The position numbers were made by a program, and so were the translations under genes. Under the pieces are notes generated by a model, which saw only the letters and a program-made list of their open reading frames with translations, made no database searches and was not told the origin of the DNA. From the human T2T-CHM13v2.0 reference genome, Homo sapiens: DNA of 64,000 bases. Where the stretch lies: the NCBI RefSeq assembly GCF_009914755.1, contig NC_060944.1; one strand, written 5' to 3'. Numbering within the stretch: position 1 is the first letter of the stretch; every line of letters begins with the position of its first letter. Shown in pieces: positions 1-14,962 of the stretch.

Positions 1-29
1 CCAATCTACCTTGGATTTTCAATCTACCG

Positions 30-760
30 TGGATGCACCTGGATTGACTCCACGTCTTTGCTATTGTGAATAGTGCTGCAATGAACATACATGTGTATGC
101 ATCTTTTTATTACAATGATTTATTGTCCTTTTGGTATACCCCTAGTATAGTAATGGGGTTGCTGCATCCAACAGTCATTCTTAGTTCTTAATTTCCAAGC
201 TGCTCTCCATAGTAGCTGAATTAATTTGCATTGCCACAAACAGCGTGTGTTCCCTTTTCTCCACAGCCTCCCCAAAATCTTTTTTAATTTATTTATTATT
301 TTTTTTAACAAAAGTCATTCGGACTGGTGTGAAATGGTATCTCACTGATGTTTTGTTTGGCATTTTTCTGATGATTAGCAATGGTAGGCATTTGTTAATG
401 TTTGTTGGCCACTACATGTGTTATTTCAAGAAGTGTCTGTTCATGTCCTTTGCCCATTTTTAATGGTGTTATTTATTTTTTGCTTGTTGATTTGTTTAGG
501 TCTCTTATGGATTCTGGATAATAGGATAATAGGCGTTTGCTATATCCATAGTTTGTGAATATTTTCTTCCATTCTTTAGGCTGTCCGTTTAATCCCGTGA
601 TAATTTCTCATGCTGTGCAGAAGCTATTTAGCTAAATTAGATCACACTTGTCAATTTTTGTTATTCTTGCAATTGCTTTTGAGGACTTAGCCATAAATTA
701 ATTGACAAATATGATGTCCAGAAGAGTACTTCCTAGGTTTTCTTCCAGGATTTTTATAGT
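30..760 (-). mobile_element. L1 (L1PB/L1MA-type) ORF2 3' fragment
   Basis: ctattgtgaatagtgctgcaatgaacata, tgtctgttcatgtcctttgcccattttt, gctgtgcagaagct motifs of antisense L1. Confidence 0.8.
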
Positions 761-796
761 CAGAAGATGTACTCTTATGTAAGAAAAGCACAAATA

Positions 797-1091
797 TTTT
801 TATTTTTTTATTTTTATTTTTTTGAGATGGAGTCTCCATCACCCAGGCTATAGTGCAGTGGTATGTTCTTGGCTTACTGCAACCTCTGTCTCCTGGGTTC
901 AAGTGATTCTCCTGCCTCAGCCTCCTGAGTATCTGAGATTACACATGCCTGCCAACACGCCTTGCTAATTTTTGTATTTTTACTAGAGACAGGTTTCATC
1001 ATGTTGGCCAGGCTGGTCTCAAACTCCTGACCTCAGGTGATTCATCTGCCTCGGCCTCCCCAAATTTTGGGATTACAAGTGTGAGCCACCG
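797..1091 (-). mobile_element. Alu (S-type)
   Basis: T-rich tail, gagatggagtctc...ctcctgacctcaggtgat...gtgagccaccg. Confidence 0.9.
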
Positions 1092-1214
1092 TAAGCTTTT
1101 AAGCAGTGAACTATGATAAAACCACTGTCTCCAGTCTGGGTGACTACAGTTGCCCAGAGCCCAGACTACACTAGCAAGACCCTGTCTCTTAACAACAAAA
1201 AAAAGCTCATAGAA

Positions 1215-1492
1215 CTAGGGGAGGGGAGGCTGGTTAATGGATACAGAATTACAGTTAGATAAGAGGAATGAGTTCTGGTGTTCTGTGTCATTGTAGGGTG
1301 AATATGGTTAACTATGACTTATTGTATATTTTTAAAAATGCCAAAAGATTTTGAATGTTCACAATTGAAAGAAATGAAAAATGGTTGAAGTAGTAAATGT
1401 GCTAGTTAGCTTGATCATTACACACTATATACATGTATAAAAATATCACCCTATAGCCCATATTTATGTATATATGTGTCAATTAAAACAAA
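1215..1492 (+). mobile_element. L1MA-type 3' end
   Basis: ggttaatggatacagaattacagttagataagaggaatgagttctggtgttct...tgtcaattaaaa. Confidence 0.75.
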
Positions 1493-1539
1493 AGAGAAGC
1501 TACATTCATCCCATTTAAAACAAAGAATATGGGCCAGCC

Positions 1540-1915
1540 TTACTGACTTCCTTCTAATGAGTAGAATGTAGAGAAAGGGATACCATGTGGCTTCCCTATA
1601 TCAGACTGTTTTCCCTTGGAACCCAGCCCCAATTGTGAGAGCCATTAGGCCACAAAGAGAGCCTGAAAGTGCCTGTGTCAGTGTTCATGCTGCCTGTCCC
1701 AACCAAGTTTACAGCCGATGGCCAGCATCAACCATCAAACACGTGGGAGAGCAAAGCTTCAGAGGATTCCATTTCCCCAACTGATCAGCTGTTCCTAGGG
1801 AAGCTGAAGGGAGCAGAGACAAGCTGTCCTGGCCAAGTTTTTCCCAAACCACAGGTTCATGAACAAAATAAATGTTTTTCTTTCAAGCCACAAAACTCTG
1901 GGTAATTGTTAGGAA
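1540..1915 (+). mobile_element. MLT1 (MaLR) LTR remnant
   Basis: gatggccagcatcaacc...aaaataaatgtttttctttcaagccac...gggtaattgtta, a typical MLT1 3' end. Confidence 0.6.
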
Positions 1916-3234
1916 AATAAGTTTTAAAAAGAGACAACAGGAAACATAACTTATGCAGCAGAAAAGAGTCCCCTTTAAAGCAGGATCTAATAAATGTTGA
2001 TATGTATTTATTGATGTCAAACATTATTGAGAAGCAGCAGATAACCAGGAGAGAGACATAAGCTGCTGAGGAGGAATTTTCCTAAAACTCCTTCAATTAT
2101 GAGCTCTGATAACAAGGCAAGGGTGTCTCTTTACAATTTCCCCTCAAGTTAGGAAATAAGACTGGGAAGCAAGAAGATGTATGATTTGAAAAACAATTAG
2201 AAATACTTGGTGACATAGCCAAAATCAGACATTTACCTGATTTCAATTAACTAAAATTCTAAAAGAAGAAGATTTGAGTGTTTATTAATCAACCTAGTAT
2301 TCAATTTTCATTTTCTTTTCTAAATGAGGAAATAAGGAGAATATTATGGAATGATTTTTAGTCTTCACAGAAGTAAAATAAGCATAGTGTGTTTTGAGTG
2401 TTAAGACATCAAATGCAATTTCTCCTTTACCTTACTCCAAGCTTGTTTGTATGGAGAAGTAAAGACCATCCCATCTCTATGCTATGCCACAATGCTTCTC
2501 TATAGCACACAACTTGGCTCTGAAATTTTGAAAGTCAAAATACTAATCTACTATGTGTCTCTGATAAATTGCCTGAACATTACCTGATTTTGAAGTGCTG
2601 CACTCCTAAGACCTTTTCTTGGAATGAGTTAAACTTTTTATTCCAAGAATCCTCTACTGAGCTAGAAAGCAGAGCTGTGCATCTCTGTTTCAGTAAAAGG
2701 AGGTCAATACAGGGAACTGTGGTTTCTGAGAATGCAAGATCTGCACTAAGAAAAGGATTAGCCACAGTGTTACCCAAGAGAACCAGCTACCAGGAGGAAA
2801 GAGGGTCTGTAAACTGCAAGATGATTACTTCACTTGATTTCCACTGAGGAAAGCTGGTGGTTCAGACTTAAACTTCTCCTTCCTAGATGGTAAACATCTA
2901 TGGAAGGTTCTATGAATTATAATGAGTTAGTAAAACATAATGCACTAATATTAGACTATGTCAGCAGATCCTGTGACCAAAACTTACTGAAAATATAACT
3001 ATAGTGGGAGGCAATGGAAAAGAGACTAAAGGTTTAAATGGAGAAAAAAGAAATTAAGTGTGCCTTGTAAGCCTGGCTTCTGATCATGTCTTAGAAGAAG
3101 TAAGGTATAAGCTGGCCAGAGACTCCTTTGTGACACAAAAGGTGAAGTTAAAGATATTCCACTAAATTTAATTTTTATTATGACATAAGACAACTGGTAA
3201 TATGCAACATGATTGAAAAAAACTTCTCATTCAA

Positions 3235-5030
3235 TTCGATTGGGCCTTGACATAAGAATAGACATAAACAAGCTAAGAACTGATAATCTAAAAATAAACC
3301 TGCACATTTACAGTCAATTGCTTTTATACAAGCTTAACAAAAGAACAAAATGGGAAAAGAATAGTCTTTTCAACAAATGATGCTGGGACAACTGGGTATC
3401 CATATGCAAAAAATAAATAAAATTTGACCAAATATCTTATTTAGAAATTAACTCAAAATAAAACAGTTAACTGTAACAGCTAAAACTATAAAACCCTCAG
3501 AAGAAAACACTGGCATAAATCTTTGTGACTGCATTTGGCAGTGTTTTCTTAGCTATGACTCCAAAGGAAAAATGCATTCAATGGACTTCAAAATTGAAAA
3601 CTGCTGTGCCTGAGAAGACAGTATCAAGAAGTGAAAAGGTAAGACGCCAAGTAGAAGAAAGTATTTGAAAAGCGTATATCTGATAAAGGACTTACATATA
3701 TAGGAAATATAAATAACTCTTGCAATTAATAAACAATAAGATAACCCAATTTTAAAAAATGGGCAAAGATTTTGAATAGATATATCTGCAAAGAAGATAT
3801 AAAGATGGATAAGCACATTAATAGATGCTTAACGTAATTAGTCATTAGGAAAATGTAAATCAAAACCACATGTGGCATCACTTCACATCACAGGATAAAA
3901 TCTTTGTTCAAGAAAAAAGAGTAAGTGTTAGGAAAAATGTAAAGAAATTAAAACTCTTATTTAATGCTGCTGGGAATGTAAAATGACACAGCCACTTTGG
4001 AAAACAAACTGGCAGCTCCTTAAAAGGTTAAGCATGAAGTTACCATATGACCCAGAAATTCCAGTCATAAGTATATACTCCAGAAAAATAAAAACATACA
4101 CAAGCACAGAAACTCATACAAAAATGTTTACAGCAGCATTATTCATAGGAGTCAAAAAGTAGAATGAACCGGAACGTCTATCACCTTTGGGTGGGAGAGA
4201 ACCCAAAGGTCCATCACCTGGCCAATGGATAAATAAAATGTTTGATGTATCCATACAATGGAATATTACTCAGCAATAAGAAGAAATTAAGTACAGATAC
4301 TGTATTAGGAGGAGACAGCAAAATTCCTAGGCAGATACGGAAGGGTCCCCAGAGAATCTCCCACCAGCCCCACAAGTGTTTACACCAGATGTTATGTGCA
4401 GATAAGAGAACCTGGACTTGTCTTGCCTGGACATGCCTGCAGCAGACCGGAGGCCCACATGTACTGGGGGGATGGGGTGGAGTCACCAGGAATTCACGCC
4501 TTATGCAGAGGAGGAACCTGGCCGCTTCAGCTCATGTGCTCCTGGTATTCAATTGTGAGGTGGAAACCTGTTTGCAGGACCCCTCTCTTTGCTGAGAGCT
4601 TTCCTTTCACATAATAAATTTTGTCCTCCTCAATGTGTCTGCGTGCTTAATTTTTCCTGGTCATGAGAGAAGAACCCAGATGTAGCTGAACCAAGGAGCA
4701 AAAGCCCGGCATCAATACCTGCTACAGCACAGATGTAGCATGGAAAATTATGCTCAGTGAAATAAGCCAGTCCCAGCAGACCACTTGCTTTTCATTTCAG
4801 AGGCTTATAGGCAAATCTATACAAAGAAGGTGAGTGGTTCCCTAGGGCTGAGGGAGGAAGGGAAAACTAGTGAAGATGGTTAAATGATGTGGGGTTTGTT
4901 TTTAGGGTGATGAAAATGTTCAAAATTGATTGTAATGATGACTGCATAACTCTCTGAAAATACTAAAGTTAATGAATTGTATATTTTAAATGAGTGAATT
5001 GCACAGTGTGTTCATTATTTCTCAATAAAC
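3235..5030 (+). mobile_element. Old L1M ORF2/3' end, interrupted by a solo LTR at 4301-4714
   Basis: tcttttcaacaaatgatgctgggacaactgg, atatgacccag, ggaatattactcagcaataa; resumes after the LTR and ends ctcaataaa. Confidence 0.8.
4301..4714 (+). mobile_element. ERV1-class solo LTR (MER61/LTR27-like)
   Basis: TG...CA termini, internal aataaa, 4-bp TSD atac at 4297-4300 and 4715-4718. Confidence 0.8.
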
Positions 5031-5274
5031 CTGTTGCCCCCTACCCCAAATTAATTTGGTACTAGTGATTTTGGTACTAGTGATCTGGAGACAGGTACTG
5101 CTTGGTTTCAGATCACTGGCCAGGGTTCAAGGCCTAAGAGAATCAACAGCATGTCCTCTATAGAAAAAGAGATTTATATTTTAAAAGCTATCCTTTTCAT
5201 TAGTATCAAGCCTGTAAAATTAAATGAAAAATCTTTCTTTCACTGCTTAAAGCACTGACAGACTTATATTGAGG

Positions 5275-5600
5275 AATAAGACCTTGTTCTCTTTGGTCCC
5301 AATTTCTATCTAAAGGGTCTCATCAGATGGGTTGTATTAACTCTTATAATGTGGCTTCCTTTCTAACTTGATTCTGGTGCAGCATCACAGAGAGAAGAAG
5401 CTGAAAGAAATCAAAGTATTTTACCCCTAAATATATTTTTTGACATATTTTGAAATAGCTGCTGCAGGGCCAAGAGATTGAAATGGCTCTCACTAATGTA
5501 GCCCAATCTCTCCCCTTCTAGATCTTCCTAGATCTGGGGAAGATTAACTAAGAGCCTGAGGCATTTAAAGTCTGAAAAAATATATTTACCTTCTATTTTC
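5275..5600 (+). mobile_element. MER4-group LTR fragment
   Basis: ccaatttctatctaaagggtct, tattttacccctaaatatatt..gacatattttgaaat, aagattaactaagag motifs. Confidence 0.5.
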
Positions 5601-5694
5601 TCCACATATTTTGGCAGAATTTGGGTTTTTCCATTATCAATATTTTCCAAAATTACGTGATTTTTAATACCAAAACTGATTTAAAATTACCATA

Positions 5695-6359
<665 letters not shown>

Positions 6360-6573
6360 TCAAGTATTTTTAAGAGTAAATATTTAATAATTGTTTAAAC
6401 ATATATTATGTTATGGCATATCAAAGAAACAAATCTATAAACTATGTTCCTTTCAGTTTCAACTGAACATAGTTTTAAAGCATTCTATATGAAATTATAA
6501 TCTTAGATAAATAATATGAAGAACAATTTTATGACATAAATGGCAGATAAAGTGATATTATAACCATACAGTG

Positions 6574-6919
<346 letters not shown>

Positions 6920-7816
6920 TAGGTAAAATAACCTATTACTAAATATAAGCCATAACCCAGAGATGAGTAACCAAGATAAAAAAGTAAAACACATACATTT
7001 GAAAAAGACACAAAAATACATTTTGATGCCCATTGGCCACAGTCTCTCAGAAGAAGAAAAAGTACACACAAAAAGCCTCAAGGAGATCATTCAATGTAGA
7101 AAAAGAGAAGAAAACATCTTTAATATCTGAGTTGAGGAGAAAAAGGAAACAGGCAGTTTTAGAAAAAAGGAAAGGGGCAGAGAGATGTGAGACGATTTAA
7201 AGACTTTGAAGAAGAGATCTAGACACCTTTGCTGACATAATGTCAACAAAATGAAAGAGATACAAAACCATGTAGAGAAAGGCAATGACAGAAAAATGTT
7301 GATTAGAATCAGAAAACCAAATTAAGTGCTCAGTAAATACATAGAAAAGTAGCTGTGTTCAGGGCTTCAAAGACAGATTCCATTGTTTTAAAAAAAATCT
7401 GTGATCAAAGCATGAATGTTCATTTTACTTTTTCTTCAAGTTATACATATATTTTTATATATATGAAATTTATTTATGTAAAACAAGTTTAATAACATGT
7501 ATACTTCATGTATACAACAGAGGTACTCATGTACAATGAGTAAATTTCCATGATATGTTTTATATCTAAAAGAAAAAGAAGCAGAAACAAAATATAAGCT
7601 ACATATCAAGATAAATTTGTTGTTAAAGAATGACACAAACAGGTCTTCTTTGAAGAATTTGAATGCAGCAGAGGATACTACAAAAGAAAGAAAAAATGAC
7701 CACAGACAGCAAAAAACATCTTCAGAAATAAAAATTCAAACTAGATAATGAAGAGTGTACTGGACATTATATGTCCAAGGCTTGGTCATTGTTCTCAAAA
7801 TCATTAAAGAATAAGT

Positions 7817-8076
7817 GGCCAGGCATGGTGGCTCACGTCACTTTGGGAGGCCGAGGTGGGCAGATCTCGAGGCCAGGAATTTGAGACCAGCCTGACCAAC
7901 TTGGCAAAACCCCGCCTCTACTAAAAATACAAAAATTAGCCGGGCCTGGTGGCACATGCCTGTAATGACAGATACTCAGGAGGCTGAGGCAGGAAAATTG
8001 CTTGGAGGCATAGGTTGCAGTGAGCCAAGACCGTGCCATTGCACTCCAGCCTGGGAAACAGAGCCAGACTCTTTCT

Positions 8077-8115
<39 letters not shown>
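7817..8115 (+). mobile_element. Alu (S-type) with A38 tail
   Basis: ggccaggcatggtggctcac...gcactccagcctggg; small internal deletions. Confidence 0.9.
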
Positions 8116-8117
<2 letters not shown>

Positions 8118-8289
8118 ATATTTTGGCATTCAAAAAAAATTTCACCTTGCCCCAGCAGCTCAGCTGACTCCCAACCCCATGACACAAATGTCTAAAAAGT
8201 TGTGCTGTGAGTTTCTGAAATACATTTTAAAATAGAATTCATTTAATTATGAAAATGCAAACATAAAATGAATTTGTATCTATGTTTTA

Positions 8290-8523
<234 letters not shown>

Positions 8524-9252
8524 TCAAAAATATTATTTCTCATAAGTGGATGAGTAATATGTATATAGGCAGGTGTATAAAGTGCATTTTATAAACCTGA
8601 TGCCAATAAGGGCAGATTTCAAAAATAGTCACTTTTCTTAAAACTGCTAAAAATGATTCAAATTTTCATCATCTTTTCTGAAATTTAAACTGCCAAAAAT
8701 GTTTGTTACAAATGAGGGTTTTTACACACAAAATACTAAGGGTTAGTAAAAAAAAAAAAAAAAGAGTAGTTATATTTACATTTTAGTTTTTAAAGATGCT
8801 CTATAAACATTGTCTTTAATAGTTTAAGATATTCCAAGTTTTCTTAAATTACATCTTACTAAGACAATTTTTAGAAAACTCTTATCTAGTTCCCATTACA
8901 TTTTTGATCCTCATCTGTCTTCAGGCTGAGCTAAATACTGTCATTCTAAGTATTCACCCATAGGTTTCAGTTTTTCCCTTTCTCTTAACCATTTCTCTTT
9001 AAATAAAGTTTATTTTTTCTATAATCAACAAAAACAACTTTTGTCTACTTTTTGTGGCTTTTCTATTATCCTGTTTCTCCCCTTCCATTGGACTCTATGA
9101 CACATGGTCTCATTCAGAAATCTATTTTTCATCACTTATTGTGTTTTTTATACTGAAATCTGATTTTTAATAATTCCAATAAAAAAGCCCAAGGGTCATG
9201 AAGGACTTTATCCTGTTTTGCTCAGCAGAGCAGTGACCAAATGCTCCCTCTG

Positions 9253-9441
9253 CTCCTCTGACCCCTCTTCCTTTCTAAATGCTGTGACCTCTATTCTTCA
9301 GCCCTAACCCTTTCTATTCCTCTGACCCCACTTCCTTTCTAAATGCAGCAATCTCTGTTCTTCAGCCCTATCCTTTTCTATTCCTCTGACCCCGATCATT
9401 TCTAAATTTAGCAACCTCGTTCCACAGCCCTATCCTTTTCT
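9253..9441. repeat. 64-bp tandem repeat, 3 copies
   Basis: tcctctgacccc..ttcctttctaaatg..ttcttcagccctatccttttcta units at 9253, 9317, 9381. Confidence 0.85.
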
Positions 9442-9442
9442 G

Positions 9443-9731
9443 GTTTTTTGGTTTGAGATGGAGTCTCCCACTGTCACCCAGGCTGGAGTGCAGTGGCATG
9501 ATCTCAGATTGCCGCAACCTCCACCTCGTGGGTTCAAGCTATTCTCCTGCCTCAGCATCCCAAGTAGCTAGGATTACAAGCATGTGCTACCCGCCCAGCT
9601 AATTTTTTGTATTTTTAGTAGAGACGTGGTTTCACTGTGTTGGCCAGACTGGTCTTGAACTCCTGACCTCATGATCTGCCTGCCTTAGCCTCCCAAAGTG
9701 CTGGGGTTACAGGTCTGACCACCATGCCCAG
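9443..9731 (-). mobile_element. Alu (S-type)
   Basis: gagatggagtctc...cccaaagtgctgggg. Confidence 0.9.
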
Positions 9732-10094
9732 TGGCTATTTCACTTTTTACATTCTCTCAGGACTCCTAAAATCTCAAAACTTTGACCTAGATTCCCTAAT
9801 CTATATTTCCAGCTCTGAACTTCTTCTTGAGGTCTCTTCCTTCTAGTACACATATTATAGACAATGTTCTCAACCACACGCTCATACATTGCTACTTGGT
9901 GCAGATTACTTTTGTAGATAGTGAATCTTGTCTATTTTATGTTGGCTCTCATTAATGTTACTTTGTTATTTTCTAATCTCAAAGGGGGACTATCTCACTG
10001 TTATGATACTAACCAGCATACTTTGTCCTTTTTTTCTTTCTTTCTTCTTTTTTGGACCAGTATACTTTGTCCCTTTTTTGTTTTACATTTTTAA

Positions 10095-10463
<369 letters not shown>

Positions 10464-10811
10464 TAAAGAAATTCCTTTTCCATAGAGATATGGCATGATG
10501 AAAGGTTTGTTCTAAAGTTTCTTTTGGGGGACATTTAACTATGTCATTGGGAAGCTTCAGTAAGTAGAGATCTCCCTTCTTCCCACTCAAGATTCTTCAT
10601 CTCAAAATGGTGTCCACCAAATGTCTTAATCCAGGTTGTCTCTTGTTTAGAAATTCATGAAATAGGAACCTTCTCGAGAAGTTGGAGGCTATTGATTGAG
10701 ATGGTTAAAGCTGCCCCTTATTATATGTTTTACTCCGAAGGTAGACATCAAAGTGGCTAATAATTCTATGTCTGATGTCTAACTCACTTCTATGGGAATC
10801 TATACAAAACG

Positions 10812-11075
10812 TTTTATTTATGAGACAGAGTCTCCCTCTGTTACCCAGGCTCGAGTGCAGTGGCTTGATCACCGTTCACTGCAGCCTGAATATTCCAAGC
10901 TCAAACGACCCTCCTACCACAGCCTCCCAATGTAGCTGGGACTACAGGCATGCAGCACCATGCCTCAGCTAAGTGTTTAAAAAAAAATTTTTTTTTAGAG
11001 ACAGGGTCTCACTATATTGCTCCGCCTGGTCTCAAACTCCTGGACTCAAGCGATCCTCCTGCCTCAGCCTTCCAA
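10812..11075 (-). mobile_element. Alu (J-type)
   Basis: gagacagagtctc, cactgcagcct, ctcaagcgatcctcc J-type features. Confidence 0.85.
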
Positions 11076-12179
11076 ATCCAGGTGTTTAACTGGAGACTAA
11101 CATGAAGCACTTAGAAGACTATGTGGAACATAGTGAGCTACATAAAATATTTGCTATTAGCATAATAATTTTATTGTATATCTTAACAAAATTGTGTATT
11201 GTAGGCAGGTGGCATGCCAATGGAAGTACTCTCCTATAGCTGAACTGAATCATTCTTACCACTGAGAGTTGCAGCAAATGGGGGACATAATTTATAACTT
11301 ACTTTTCTCTCTGTATGATTCATTAGTCAATGACTATGTATGTACTACAATGTAAACAGCACCTCCTGGATTGAATAGTACATAACTGACATGACCAGCA
11401 AAGACAGACTAAAGACACTGAGCTGAAAACCCTGGACTCTATTGCTAAATCAAGGCTCCTGAATCCGTTAACTCTGAGCAACTGTTGCTGTGGTGCTGCC
11501 TTCACAAGCACTCTGCTGAGCACTCAGATTGAGGGGCTGTGCTATCCGTCATCAGAGAAGCTACAGCCAGAACTGTTCAGCTGACAAACTGGTAACAGTC
11601 CAGAAATACAGTTCTGACTGCATAGTGAAAAAACGCCAATTTAGATTCTTTTTCATAGAGAGAAAAACATAAACACGTGATTGAATGCATCTCCTGTATT
11701 AGACTAATTGGTTTAGATTTGATATTTAATTGCTAAAAATACATTTAGAATATAAACTTTACTGTGTCAAGGTCTCAAAGCAGAAACAATTCGTATGGCA
11801 TAAAGGATTGAATTGAATGCTGCAAACTTCTAAGCTAAAATATTTTCAATGTATGCAAGGATAGGTGGCATACATATTATATATTATTCCCCCATTAAGC
11901 AAATTTATAATGAGAGAAAATTATCTTCCATAAAAAAATAAAAGCCATGTAAAATTAAGGATTAAGTTTTTCTGCACAGACTAGACAACGATTGCTAACG
12001 CATAAAGTCAATGAGAGAACACTCAGAGAAAGCTTCATGAAAACAATAAATTGTCTGCCACGTCTGAATGAATGAGGCTAGATGAACAGAGACTGAGAAG
12101 GCAGAAAGGATAGCATAAGCAAGACAAGTGCTGATATCTGCCCAATTAACTCTGAGGATAAAGTCCAATGGCAGGGAAA

Positions 12180-12675
12180 TAAAAACCCGTGTCCACATAA
12201 TAACCTGTAAGTGAATGTTTGCAGCAGCATTTTTCATAATAGCTAAAAAGTGGAAACTAACCTAAAGGTCCATCAATCGATGAATGAATGGAAAACCAGT
12301 ATAGCCATGGAATAGAATATCATTTAACTATAAGAAGAAATAAACTACCAAAGTGTGCTAAAACAGACATGAATTCTGAAAACATTATGCTAAGTGAAAA
12401 AGCCAGTCACAAAGGACTAAATATTGTATAACTCTATGTATATGAAATATGCCAAACAGGCAAACATATGGAGACAAAAGTAGATAGATGGTGGTTGCCT
12501 ACAACAGGGGTAGGTGGAGGGACATGGAGGAAGGCTGCAGTCATGCCTAGGAGATGTGGGGTTGCTTTCCAGGGTGATGAAAATGCTGTGAATATACTAA
12601 TAGATACTGAGTTGTACATTTTAAATGGTTGAACTCTCTGAAATGTGAATGTTATCTCAGTGAAACTGTTTTTAA
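12180..12675 (+). mobile_element. Old L1M 3' end
   Basis: gaatgtttgcagcagcatttttcataatagctaaaaagtggaaa...attatgctaagtgaaaaagccag...tgtgaatgttatctcag. Confidence 0.75.
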
Positions 12676-13271
12676 AATCCAAAGGCAGGATCAAGATAAT
12701 TTTCTCAACTCTCAATTTTTGATGTACATGCTATCTCAAATTTAAATATTTCTACAGTTTTATAGTATATTTTAAATAAAAGACAAAGAAAATGCCTAAC
12801 TTTTCAAATAGTTTGTAAATTAACCTAAAACATGCACATTTCAAAGAATAGTATAATGGCCTTTCTGTACAAGTTAACCTAGAATCTGTGAAATAAATAG
12901 ACACAGATTCTGTGTCCATTCACAAAAGTGAAGAAATAAGACAATTTTCTGGAACATTCCATGAAACATTCTCCTCTGATTTAATCTGGCCTGCCTCATC
13001 CGAGAAATACAAAAATTACTTAAAAATACTGTTTTAACAGGAAAAAAGTCAGTTTTCTATGAGGAATGATGTATAATTCTCAACTTTTCCAAGGGTACAT
13101 ATTGTAAGAGAAAACGTATGTAATGGTTTTTCAAAATGGTAGAATGAAAGTCACAATATAAAAAAAATAAGTACATTATAAAGATAGTAAAATGGAAATA
13201 ATTCATTGTAATGAAAATAAAAAATCAAGCTTCTGCCAAAATTAGTATCCTAAAACATGTTATATAATTCA

Positions 13272-13517
<246 letters not shown>

Positions 13518-14619
13518 TTAATAATATTTAACTCTAACATACCTACTTTGAAAATTATCACCACACATATCAATTCACCTTCTTTTAATCACATGTACAC
13601 ATTTTTTATTTATTACTGAATTCAGTGAGGGATGCAGAATATGTTTTCTTCCTGCCAAATTGGTATTCTCTTACTTACACAACAGATTCATCCCACCATT
13701 CAATCATCTTAGAAGCTCAACTCAACCTCAAAGTTCCTAACATATTCAATCACCTGTTCAAATCCTTCCAACAGATTCCTATCTCAGAATAAAAGTAAAA
13801 TTCCAATGGCCTTTGAGATCCTAGGTAAACAGGCCTTTACCTCCCTCTCTGACTTCAGAGCTCCTACAACTCCCTCCTGTGATTACTCCATTCCCACTGT
13901 ACGTGAAGCCTGCCACCCCTCAGTCTGAACATAGGGATCTAATGCCTAACTCATAAATCACAGGCAGCTACAAGTATCTTTCTACTGAACAAAATTATAT
14001 TCCAATGATAGTCATTGAGCCTTGAAATAAAAATTATCAGCTAATTATTAATATAAATATTCAAAGTAAACTATAAATACCAGTGGGAAGACTAAACCAA
14101 ATATAGATTTTCTAAATATTACCACATGTATCCTAAATTATGATTTTATAACAAGTAGGTGCCTTTAAAATATTACATAGTCATAAAAATATGTAATTTG
14201 ACATATTTTCAGATTTGTTAAATTAATATGAATAATAACAAAGATATACCAACTAAAATACATAAAAAGCTACTTAAAGCAAGGTATTACAAGACACAGC
14301 AATACACTTCAGTTCATCTGGGAAATCTAGAATTAAGTGTCGAAGAAAATCAATTAAATTTTAATTTGAAAATACTCATTTCAGGTGTAAACATTTCCAT
14401 TTATACCTATATTATGGTCTTAACATGTGGCAACATAAAGTCATTAAAATTATTATTTCAGCAGTACAGAACTATCTACCTTAAAATATGACTTTGTGCC
14501 TAATAAAATTTCATAGGTGACACAATGTCTTTTCTCAAAGTAAATCATCTCTCACCTCTACCTTTTATTTCCTAGAAATGAGGCATGTTTCTAAGATGGC
14601 ATAGTAAACACATTTTTCC

Positions 14620-14895
14620 TTTTTTTATTAAAACAGCTTTGTTGAAATATAATTTACATACTATAGAATGTATCTGTTTTAACTTAAAGTTAAAAGATTT
14701 TTAGTACATTTACTGAGTTGTGCAGCCATCTCTACAATCCAACTTTAGAGAATTTCCATCACTGCAAGATCCCTCACGCCCATTAGCAGTCACTACCAGC
14801 TTCCAGCCCCAGCCCTCTACAAACATTAATCTACTTTTTGTCCCTATACATTTATCTTTTCTGGATGCTTCATGTAAATGGAATTATACAGTATG
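14620..14895 (-). mobile_element. Old L1M 3' end (sense to the ANKRD20A-like gene)
   Basis: acagctttgttgaaatataatttacatac...gttgtgcagccatc...taatctacttt...aaatggaattatacagtatg. Confidence 0.75.
14624..14629 (-). terminator. Candidate AATAAA poly(A) signal for the ANKRD20A-like terminal exon, at the tail of a sense L1M
   Basis: tttatt on plus, about 335 nt past the stop at 14963; followed on minus by an A-rich tract and tgtgttt. Confidence 0.5.
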
Positions 14896-14962
14896 GTAAA
14901 CACACTTTTATCCATTGATTTTTATATTCCACTAAGTTCAACATGTATCCAGAACCAAATGT

